Shown here piece after piece: positions 8,077 to 16,130 of a stretch of 39,550 nucleotides of DNA (positions within the stretch are counted from its first letter, which is position 1; every line of letters begins with the position of its first letter). Under the pieces are notes generated by a model, which was not told where the DNA came from, made no database searches, and was given only the letters and a program-made list of their open reading frames with translations. The position numbers were made by a program, and so were the translations under genes. Origin of the DNA: Cytophagales bacterium (GTDB lineage: Bacteria; Bacteroidota; Bacteroidia; Cytophagales; Spirosomataceae); assembly GCA_038230415.1 (NCBI GenBank), contig JBBRNH010000052.1, positions 1 through 39,550 of the forward strand, in the 5' to 3' direction.

Positions 8077-8129
8077 AAGAAAACGGAATTAAATGGTTTG
8101 TTACAGCCGACAAAGATAGCGGGTGATTG

Positions 8130-8483
8130 TTAGGAACGCGCCGATGGCATGATGACCTGCCGGGCATAAAACCCGGCTAACCCGGCCAAACCGCCGACCA
8201 ATCCTACCAAAAACGGAGCCAAGGCCAGCAACCACGCCGGGTTCGGAGTCTTGAACAGCACCGTACTCATAGTGTTGGTCATGCCCCCGCCGGTCGAGAA
8301 ATGGATGAACAGCGTGTAAACCAGCCATACGATAGCCACGCCCGCCGTGCCTTCGCCCAAGGCTTTGGCTGGATTGTTCGCCATGAAAAAACACACGCCA
8401 AATGCAACGGGCGCAACCACCCACCAGGGCAGAAAAAACTGGGCCAGGGCCGATAATACGGCGATAAGGAGGATTGATTTCAT
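8130..8483 (-). CDS. small integral membrane protein (4 predicted TM helices), function unknown
   Basis: 117 aa and strongly hydrophobic. It overlaps the stop of the upstream acylase gene by 4 bp. Confidence 0.5.
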   Translation of the reverse strand: MKSILLIAVLSALAQFFLPWWVVAPVAFGVCFFMANNPAKALGEGTAGVAIVWLVYTLFIHFSTGGGMTNTMSTVLFKTPNPAWLLALAPFLVGLVGGLAGLAGFYARQVIMPSARS

Positions 8484-11038
8484 TTTAGAATTAGCTTCCC
8501 CCGCAAACGGGGATGTTTATCGGTTAGGGTTTGCAAATAAATCAGTTCGTTGAGTTGGCCGGTGCGCCAGGTCTCGATCATGTTTTTGTATAACGGACTA
8601 CCCGGATTACCCGACTGCCCGCCCGGATACACGCCGTAGGCTTTGGGCATCGGCCCCAGTGCCACCACCATCCGCCACGATGGGCCGGTGGTTTCAGTGG
8701 TGGCATTCACGATGCCGGTGCCGCCACCCATGTCCACGTCCATCGCGCTGAAGGCATCCAAGCCCGGCACGAGGTGTTTGATGTCGGTGCTTTTGTGCGC
8801 GGCCCAGCCCCAGGTTTTGGCGTTCATCGGGCCGTGTTTTTTGGTGAGTGAATCCAAAGCCGATTTGAAACTTGCCGTCAGCACGTCGGGCAGGGTTTCT
8901 TTGGCGGGCGTTTTTACGTTGTCGAACCACTTGGCCGAGGGGTCGCGCTCGATGAGGGCCATCGTCCGGTCAAACGTCGGGAACTTCATCGGGATACTGT
9001 CGGCCACAAAAAATTCGTCTTTCCAGACCGCATCCATAAACTGCGCGTTCCATTCCACAAAAATCGTCGGGCCTACTTCGTTTACGTCGTTCTTTAGGTT
9101 CCAGCGTTTGAGGGTTTGCAAAGCGGCCTGTTGCGCAGGGTTCAGGGTTTGGGTTTGCAGGATTTTGAACAGTGTCGGCAGGGTTTCCGAAGCCCGCAGG
9201 TTAAAGTTGTCATTCTGGAGCATCCGCAGACTGTCAACCGTTGCCTTTTGCATAGTAGCAAGCCGTTGGTTAATCCGCCGACCGCGTTCTGAGGGTGCAA
9301 ACTGCCAGTTGAGGTAATACGGATAGGTCGGGTCAGTGGAAAACTGGTTGGCCGAACTCACAAAATTCAGGCCCGGATTTTTGACAATCGGGTTGTGGTC
9401 TGCCGGAATCCAGCCCTGCCAGTCGTGGGCGGGGTTGCTGCCATCGAGGGTAAACTTGCCCTGATCTTTCCACTTTAACGGGTAGCGGCCATTGGGCGAG
9501 ATGGCGATGTCTTTGTGCACATCGGCATACACGAAATTCTGCGCCGGAGCCGCGTAATAGGCCAACGCTTTGCGATAATCGGCGTAGTTACGGGCGCGGT
9601 TCAGAATCTGGTAGCATTTCACCTCGTTGGATGGGTCGTGGGCAATCCAGCGCACGGCGTGGCCCGTTGGGAAGTTGGCCCGGAAGGGTTTAGCCCCGGT
9701 ATTATAGGCCACCGGGCCGTGATGGGTGTACAATACGGTGTCCATCACGTCGGGCTTGCCTTTGACTTTTATCCGCTCAATGCGCCGGGTAACGGGCTTC
9801 CATTTGCCATCGTGCCAGTACTCGCGCCGGGCGTTGTCTTTGAAGGTAATCGCGTAGAAATCAAGCACATCGGCACCCACGTTGGTTACGCCCCAGGCAA
9901 TTTCTTTGTTAAACCCGATAATCACCCCCGGCGACCCCGGCAGCGACGCGCCACAGGCATTCATGGTGGGCGAAACGAGTTGAATCTGATACCAGATCGA
10001 GGGCAAACTCAGGGTTAAGTGCGGGTCGTTTGCCAGAATCGGGTAGCCGGTGGCGGATTTTTGCGGCCCAACGGCCCAGTTATTTGAGCCAATATCGGGG
10101 TTACGGGCCGGCCACGAATTACCCACCGTACTTAATCCTGACAGTAGCTTTTCAGGCTCCGGGTTTTTTCCTGCCGACTTTTCGGGCCAGCATTGCGTAG
10201 CGCGGGTGCTGGTCAGGGTGGGCGTTTTGCCGGTGGCCGGGGCTGATTGCGTGGCCGACGGGGTTTTCAGGGGCGTAAAATTCCAGGGCGTACCAGCCGG
10301 GATAATCGGGCTTTCGCGGACGGGATAATCCGGGAAGAGATCGGCGGTGATGGCGGGGCCGTATTTTTTCAGCACGTTTTCCATCCTGAAATCATCGGCT
10401 CCGGTTGCCAGCGTATTGCTCATCTGTTTCAGCAACAGGGCGCATTTGAGCGGTGTCCAGGCTTCGGGCGCATAGCCCAGCAATTTGTACTCGATTGGGT
10501 ATTGCGCTGGTTTTAAGCTACTTATCCAGGCATTAATCCCCGCGCAATAAGCCGTAACGATTTCGCGGGAAACCGGATCGGCGTTCATGGCTTTTTCGGC
10601 AACTTCGGCCCCGTAGCCCATGCCAAGCCGTCGGTTAAACTTGTCGAGTTCGATGGCCCGCTCACCAACCAGTTCAGATACGCGCCCGGCGGCTGCGTGG
10701 GTCTGAAACTCCATCTGCCAGAGCCGGTCTTTGGCCGTGACGTAGCCCTGCGCGAAATAAATATCATAGTCATTTTGGGCGAAAACGTGCGGCACTCCGA
10801 GGTCGTCATAGACAACGGTAACGGGTTGTCGGGTGCCACCGAGGGTAATTTCGCGGTCGGCGGTGGGCAGGGGCATTTCGGCGTTTTGCCAGAACCCGGT
10901 GAACGGACTCAGCAACGGCCCAAACGCCGGTACGTTGCCGAAGGGCCGGTTTAATGCCCAAAGGAGGGCGACCGTTGCGGCCAAAGAAAGTAGTGCGCGA
11001 ATGATTGGCATTGGGGATGTCAGGAATTTATACAGCAA
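8480..11038 (-). CDS. penicillin acylase-family Ntn hydrolase (peptidase S45; possible acyl-homoserine-lactone acylase)
   Basis: 852 aa. It has an N-terminal signal/TM segment. The internal ...GSNNWAVGPQKSATGYPILANDPHL... is the autoprocessing site that exposes the N-terminal Ser nucleophile of the beta-subunit. Confidence 0.85.
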   Translation of the reverse strand: MLYKFLTSPMPIIRALLSLAATVALLWALNRPFGNVPAFGPLLSPFTGFWQNAEMPLPTADREITLGGTRQPVTVVYDDLGVPHVFAQNDYDIYFAQGYVTAKDRLWQMEFQTHAAAGRVSELVGERAIELDKFNRRLGMGYGAEVAEKAMNADPVSREIVTAYCAGINAWISSLKPAQYPIEYKLLGYAPEAWTPLKCALLLKQMSNTLATGADDFRMENVLKKYGPAITADLFPDYPVRESPIIPAGTPWNFTPLKTPSATQSAPATGKTPTLTSTRATQCWPEKSAGKNPEPEKLLSGLSTVGNSWPARNPDIGSNNWAVGPQKSATGYPILANDPHLTLSLPSIWYQIQLVSPTMNACGASLPGSPGVIIGFNKEIAWGVTNVGADVLDFYAITFKDNARREYWHDGKWKPVTRRIERIKVKGKPDVMDTVLYTHHGPVAYNTGAKPFRANFPTGHAVRWIAHDPSNEVKCYQILNRARNYADYRKALAYYAAPAQNFVYADVHKDIAISPNGRYPLKWKDQGKFTLDGSNPAHDWQGWIPADHNPIVKNPGLNFVSSANQFSTDPTYPYYLNWQFAPSERGRRINQRLATMQKATVDSLRMLQNDNFNLRASETLPTLFKILQTQTLNPAQQAALQTLKRWNLKNDVNEVGPTIFVEWNAQFMDAVWKDEFFVADSIPMKFPTFDRTMALIERDPSAKWFDNVKTPAKETLPDVLTASFKSALDSLTKKHGPMNAKTWGWAAHKSTDIKHLVPGLDAFSAMDVDMGGGTGIVNATTETTGPSWRMVVALGPMPKAYGVYPGGQSGNPGSPLYKNMIETWRTGQLNELIYLQTLTDKHPRLRGKLILK

Positions 11039-11108
11039 AGAAAAACAGTCTTATTTTGATATGCCGTATAAATTTTTGAGAATTACCCGAATCAACAGAA
11101 TCTCCCGC

Positions 11109-13190
11109 ATGAAAAAACTGCTTTTACGAATCGCTATCGGCTGCATCACGCTGTCTGGCGTGTTTTCTACGGCCACTGCTCAGGTCAATCCGGCCCGCGT
11201 TACCATTGCCCGCGACCGTTGGGGCGTGCCACACATTTTTGCCGCCACCGACCCCGAAGTAGCCTACGGATTAGCCTGGGCGCACGCCGAGGACGATTTC
11301 AAAACCATCCAACTCACGCTTCTCGGCGGCAAAGGGATGTTGGGCCGACACCTCGGTAAGTCGGGTGCGGCCATAGATTACGTGGTCGGTTTGATTCGGG
11401 CGCGGGAACAGGCCACCCGCGATTACCCGGCCAAATTTTCGGCTGATTATTGCGCCCTGCTCGATGGCTACGTGCAGGGCATCAACGATTACGCCCGCGC
11501 TCACCCCGGCGAGGTGCTGGTGCGGCAGGCGTTTCCGGTGATGCCAACCGATGTGGTGGCCGGGTTTATTCTGTCGAGTGCGTCGTTTTCGGGCATTGAC
11601 CCAACCTTGCGGAGTATTTTGGGCGGAACCGTGCCAGCCGCGCCCGTACTGCCCGTTGGCGGCTCTAACGCATTGGCAATCAACAGCAAGCGCACGGCAG
11701 ACGGGCAAATCTACATCGCCATCAACTCGCATCAGCCGCTCGAAGGGCCGGTGGCCTGGTACGAAGCGCACCTGTGCAGCGAGCAGGGCTGGAATATTCT
11801 GGGCGGCCTGTTTCCGGGTGCGGCTACCATTTTGCACGGCTGCAACGAAAACCTTGCCTGGGCGCACACGGTGAATTATCACGATAAAATGGACGTATAT
11901 CAGTTGGCACTCAACCCGGCCAACCGGCGCGAATACAAAGTTGACGGCGCATGGCGGCAACTCGAAGTCCGCAGCGTGAAACTGCGCGTGAAAGGCATCC
12001 CGATTGCGATTCGCAAGAAAGCATATTGGAGCGATTTCGGCCCGACGGTTATCACCAAAACCGGAGCCTACGCCCTGCGCTGGAGCGGCCTGTTTGAATC
12101 GAGAGTGGGCGAGCAGTGGTACCGAATGAACAAAGCCCGGTCGTTCAGTGAATTTTACAAAGCAGTGCAGATGACGGCCATCGCGGGTGGGTTCAACATT
12201 GTGTATGCCGACCGGCGCGACACGATTTTTTACGTCACGAACGGCAAGATTCCGCTCCGTAACCCGGCCTTCGACTGGCGCGGCACCCTGCCCGGAAACA
12301 CGGCTAAAACGCTCTGGACGCAGTTTCACCCCATCGAAGACCTGCCGCAGGTGGTGAATCCGGCGAGTGGATACGTCTTCAACACCAACAACACGCCTTA
12401 CCACTGCACCGCCCCCGCCGATTGCCCGTCGCCCAACAAATTTGACCCGACGATAGGCATCGAGACCTTTGAGCTGAACCGTAGCAAACGAATGGGCGAG
12501 TTGATGGACGAGTCGCCGGGGCCGGTGAGTTATGACGATTTCAAACGGATAAAATACGACCTGCAACTGCCCCGGACGTTATCCTACCGGCTGGATGCCA
12601 ACCTGCTCCTGAACCTCAACCCGGCAACAGACACGGCGTTGGCCCCGCTGATAGTTCGGCTCAAAAACTGGAATCGCCGGGCCGATACCGCCAGCCGCGA
12701 TGCCGCCGTATTTCTGGTGGCCTACCGATTTCTGGCCGATCAACGCAGACAAAACGGCTCGGTAGCGGCCCTGACCACGGACGAATGTATGGCTGCGCTT
12801 CGGCACACCAACACCTACCTGACCACGCATTTTGGGAGTACTACTGTTTCGTTAGGAACCATGCAACGCCACCGGCGCGGAACGGTTGATCTGCCCATTG
12901 CGGGGATTCCTGATGTGCTGGCGGCAATGGATGATGTGCCGGTTGAGAACGGGCGGTTGCGGGCCAATCAGGGCGAATCGTACATCGAGTTGGTACGATT
13001 CAGAAAGGAGGGATTACCACTAATCGAGACGGTGAACGCCTACGGAGCCTCGAACCACGCCAACAGCCCGCACTACACCGACCAAATGCAACTATTTGTG
13101 AATCAGCAGACTAAGCAGATGACGCTGGACAAAGGGACGGTGCTGCGCGAAGCCGTGCGGACGTATCATCCGGGTATCGTTGGTCAGTAG
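11109..13190 (+). CDS. penicillin acylase-family Ntn hydrolase (second paralog)
   Basis: The likely start is MKKLLLRIAIGCITLSGVFSTATAQ, a signal peptide, at 11109. The ORF-track start at 10833 is an upstream extension. ...GGSNALAINSKRTADGQIYIAINSHQ... is the S45 Ser-nucleophile block. Confidence 0.85.
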   Translation: MKKLLLRIAIGCITLSGVFSTATAQVNPARVTIARDRWGVPHIFAATDPEVAYGLAWAHAEDDFKTIQLTLLGGKGMLGRHLGKSGAAIDYVVGLIRAREQATRDYPAKFSADYCALLDGYVQGINDYARAHPGEVLVRQAFPVMPTDVVAGFILSSASFSGIDPTLRSILGGTVPAAPVLPVGGSNALAINSKRTADGQIYIAINSHQPLEGPVAWYEAHLCSEQGWNILGGLFPGAATILHGCNENLAWAHTVNYHDKMDVYQLALNPANRREYKVDGAWRQLEVRSVKLRVKGIPIAIRKKAYWSDFGPTVITKTGAYALRWSGLFESRVGEQWYRMNKARSFSEFYKAVQMTAIAGGFNIVYADRRDTIFYVTNGKIPLRNPAFDWRGTLPGNTAKTLWTQFHPIEDLPQVVNPASGYVFNTNNTPYHCTAPADCPSPNKFDPTIGIETFELNRSKRMGELMDESPGPVSYDDFKRIKYDLQLPRTLSYRLDANLLLNLNPATDTALAPLIVRLKNWNRRADTASRDAAVFLVAYRFLADQRRQNGSVAALTTDECMAALRHTNTYLTTHFGSTTVSLGTMQRHRRGTVDLPIAGIPDVLAAMDDVPVENGRLRANQGESYIELVRFRKEGLPLIETVNAYGASNHANSPHYTDQMQLFVNQQTKQMTLDKGTVLREAVRTYHPGIVGQ

Positions 13191-13210
13191 TTATTTTTTA
13201 TTTCCTGAAC

Positions 13211-13317
13211 CGTCTCTTTACCCCCAGCCCCCTAAACAGGGGGCTTTTTAAAGCCTTCGGCTTTTGTTATCCCGAAGGTTTAGCCCCCTGCTTAGGGGGT
13301 TGGGGGTAAGGAGACGG
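13211..13317. repeat. complex palindromic intergenic element (family copy B), between convergent stop codons
   Basis: cgtctctttacccccagccccctaaacagggggc..agccttcggcttttg..cccgaagg..agccccctgcttagggggttgggggtaaggagacg. It has the same architecture as 7350..7462 at roughly 70-75% identity. Confidence 0.75.
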
Positions 13318-13334
13318 TTGGTAACTTTAACCAA

Positions 13335-13766
13335 TTATTTCACGCCTTTGCCAATGGCAACCAACTCGGCAGCGGGGTAAAAACCGATTACTTTTTTGAC
13401 CACTTTACCGTTGCCATCAATAAAAAACAGCGTTGGGTAGGCTTCCAGCGGGTATTGCTGGGTCAGGGCGGGGCCTTCGCCTTTTTCCATGTCCATCTTC
13501 ACGTTGATGAACTTCTGATTGAACACATCGCCCACTTCTTTCTGCGTAAACACCTCTTTCTGAAGGCGTTTGCAGGGGCCGCACCAACTGGCGTAGGCAT
13601 CGAGAAAGATGATTTTCTTCTCGGCTTTGGCCTTTTTCAGAATCTGCGCCCACTTGGCTTCGGTAAACTGAATGCCGACTTCGGCGGTTTTTGGGCCATC
13701 GGTGGCCTGCGTAGTGGCGGTTCCCCACAAGAGCAGGGCAACGAAAACGACTGTTAATTTTTTCAT
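13335..13766 (-). CDS. secreted thioredoxin-family protein
   Basis: WCGPCK active site. The likely start is MKKLTVVFVALLLWGTATTQA, a signal peptide, with its ATG at 13764..13766. Confidence 0.85.
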   Translation of the reverse strand: MKKLTVVFVALLLWGTATTQATDGPKTAEVGIQFTEAKWAQILKKAKAEKKIIFLDAYASWCGPCKRLQKEVFTQKEVGDVFNQKFINVKMDMEKGEGPALTQQYPLEAYPTLFFIDGNGKVVKKVIGFYPAAELVAIGKGVK

Positions 13767-13970
13767 GGTACGATTGGTGACTTGCCTTCTTAAACGATGG
13801 CATTGGCTGTTTTGGTTTCTACAGACGGTACTTTGCACAAAACGTGCCGATTTACCTTTACCAAACACATGAATATTACATCATATATTGAGTAATGGTT
13901 TTAGAGTGTTTTCATCTTTCCTTAAATTTTTGGTACTTTCGGGCATTCGTAACGGAAATCCAAGTCAACT

Positions 13971-14804
13971 ATGATAAAAAATAAATTAGTTAAGCCCTTT
14001 CTCAAATGGGCAGGTGGGAAAAGACAATTAATGGATGAAATTAGAAAATACGTTCCAAAGAACTTCACCACTTATTACGAACCATTTTTAGGTGGAGGTG
14101 CTGTCTTTTTAGAATTACAACCAAAACATTTCGTAGTAAATGACATCAACCCTGAGTTAATTAACGTTTATCAAACGACAAAAAATAATGTCGACCTACT
14201 TATTGCGACGCTCAAAACTTTTAAAAATGAGAGTGATTCTTATTATGAGATAAGAGAATTAGATCGATTTCCACTATTTAACACAATGTCAAACATTGAA
14301 AAAGCCGCAAGAATTATCTATCTAAATAAAACTTGCTTTAATGGATTGTTCAGAGTTAATAGTCAGGGGCAATTTAATGTACCATTTGGTAGTTACAAAA
14401 ATCCTGATATTATCAATGAAATAACATTAAGAGCAGTAAGTCGATACTTAAATGAAAACTCTGGTTCCTTCTTAAACGGAGATTTCGCAGATGCTGTTAA
14501 AGAAGCAAAAAAAGGATGCTTTATTTATCTTGATCCACCTTATGACCCTGTCTCTGATAGTTCTTCCTTCACGGGTTATACTTTAGATGGATTTGGAAAA
14601 AGACAACAAACCCGTCTTAAGGCAGTTTGTGACGATTTGGATAATCGTGGTTGTAAATTCCTTGTTTCTAACTCGTCAACAGATTTCATCAGAGATTTAT
14701 ACAGAGATTATAAGATAGAAAGAGTCCAGGCTACCAGAAGCATAAATTCTGTTGCAGCAGGTCGAGGCAAAGTTGATGAACTTTTAATTAGGAATTATGA
14801 GTAA
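13971..14804 (+). CDS. dam: DNA N6-adenine methyltransferase, Dam/DpnM class (D12 alpha-class; probable GATC specificity)
   Basis: The motifs LKWAGGKRQL, EPFLGGGAVF (FxGxG, AdoMet) and IYLDPPY (DPPY catalytic) are present. C-terminal ...TRSINS...GKVDELLI is as in Dam. The region is AT-rich, about 35% GC. Confidence 0.9.
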   Translation: MIKNKLVKPFLKWAGGKRQLMDEIRKYVPKNFTTYYEPFLGGGAVFLELQPKHFVVNDINPELINVYQTTKNNVDLLIATLKTFKNESDSYYEIRELDRFPLFNTMSNIEKAARIIYLNKTCFNGLFRVNSQGQFNVPFGSYKNPDIINEITLRAVSRYLNENSGSFLNGDFADAVKEAKKGCFIYLDPPYDPVSDSSSFTGYTLDGFGKRQQTRLKAVCDDLDNRGCKFLVSNSSTDFIRDLYRDYKIERVQATRSINSVAAGRGKVDELLIRNYE

Positions 14805-14816
14805 ATATCCAGAAAA

Positions 14817-16100
14817 ATGAAAACTAAAAACGATATTGCTTGGAATATACTCTTCGAAAAATACAGCATACTGCAGGCTATTGAAAATGAAGGAAAATTT
14901 ATAATATCCTCGGCTACCATCAATGTGATTAGAGAAAGTAGATTGATGACTAAGTTCGACAGTTTAGAAACGCTTCCTCACCTCTTTACCAAAAACCACC
15001 TTGCTATTTTACCAATAAGTAGGGGAGATTATATGATCGGAAAATTTGATGCCTACTACAAAGTAAATTCAGATGTTTATATCGAAGACGAATATGTTGC
15101 CTTTCCAGATTATCTCCAAAGTTTAGACTATAAAAAAATATATTCAGAAAGTGCAGCTATAAACTGCGCTTATGTAACGGGTATTTTAGCGCGATTCATG
15201 GACGATACGTCGCTTCTTCCTACCGTATCCGGCAGAATGGGATCTTCAAAATTTGATTTTTCAATAACTGGTAAGGGCGGGACATATAAAATAGCTGTAA
15301 ATAATAGCCAATGTGAAATTGATGGTGGCTATGAAGGTGAACAAGAGTTGCTCCTCATAGAAGCCAAAAATTTCAGTGTGGATGATTTCCTAATTAGGCA
15401 GATATATTATCCATTTCGGCTTTGGTCAAGTAAAATTACTAAGAGAGTAATACCAGTCTTTATGACATATAGTAATGACGGTTTTACATTGAGACAGTTT
15501 CAATTTCAAGATATATCTGATTACAATTCAATTATATTAATAAAGCAAAAGAGATATATTATTGCTGAAGAAGATGATTCAATTATTAAAGACAAAGATT
15601 TGCAACTCACCTTGAGCAATACTCAGGTTGTAGATGAGCAAGAAATTCCTTTCCCGCAAGCAGACAGTTTTAGCCGCGTAATTGATTTATTAAGTTTTCT
15701 TTCCGTATCGGATAAGAAGGATGAGGAGATAACAGAATACTTTGGCTTTGACCCCAGGCAAACTGGATACTACACTAACGCTGGAAAGTACTTAGAGTTA
15801 ATTGAGGGTGATTTTCGCAAGGGTTATCGGCTTACAAATCAAGGTAAGCGGATTGTTTCATTACCATATAAAAAGAAAACAGTTTCACTTGTTAGTTGTA
15901 TTCTCAAACACAAAGTTTTTAATGAAACATTAAAATATTATTTTAAAAATTCTCAACGCCCAGTTGATGATGAAGTAGTAAAATATATGAAAATGTTTGG
16001 TATCTATAACGTTCATGAAGATACCACTTACTACCGTCGTTCTAAAACTGTTCTGAAATGGATTGACTGGATAGTTTCACTTGCAGTTGCGGATGAATAA
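14817..16100 (+). CDS. putative restriction endonuclease / nuclease effector partner of the Dam-like MTase (PD-(D/E)xK-like core plus an uncharacterised C-terminal domain)
   Basis: 427 aa, starting 13 bp after the MTase. Candidate catalytic triad: D169 (CEIDGG), E182 and K184 (ELLLIEAK). It has the same low GC as the MTase. There are no signal or TM segments. Confidence 0.5.
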   Translation: MKTKNDIAWNILFEKYSILQAIENEGKFIISSATINVIRESRLMTKFDSLETLPHLFTKNHLAILPISRGDYMIGKFDAYYKVNSDVYIEDEYVAFPDYLQSLDYKKIYSESAAINCAYVTGILARFMDDTSLLPTVSGRMGSSKFDFSITGKGGTYKIAVNNSQCEIDGGYEGEQELLLIEAKNFSVDDFLIRQIYYPFRLWSSKITKRVIPVFMTYSNDGFTLRQFQFQDISDYNSIILIKQKRYIIAEEDDSIIKDKDLQLTLSNTQVVDEQEIPFPQADSFSRVIDLLSFLSVSDKKDEEITEYFGFDPRQTGYYTNAGKYLELIEGDFRKGYRLTNQGKRIVSLPYKKKTVSLVSCILKHKVFNETLKYYFKNSQRPVDDEVVKYMKMFGIYNVHEDTTYYRRSKTVLKWIDWIVSLAVADE

Positions 16101-16130
16101 GAGGGTATGATTCTCAACTCATCATATTAC

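Noticed and set aside
11271-12566. 431-aa ORF on the minus strand inside the second acylase gene. Similar long antisense ORFs occur at 16107..16802, 17874..18476, 24056..24721, 24752..25393, 34464..35108 and 9515..10018.
   Set aside because: These are high-GC shadow ORFs antisense to strongly supported genes. Their composition is low-complexity and Arg/Gly/Pro-rich, and they carry no motifs.
13870-16110. The Dam-like MTase as a solitary housekeeping Dam
   Set aside because: The strong AT-rich compositional island and the tightly linked nuclease-like partner argue for an acquired R-M or defence module rather than an orphan regulatory methylase. Orphan status cannot be excluded without methylome and activity data.
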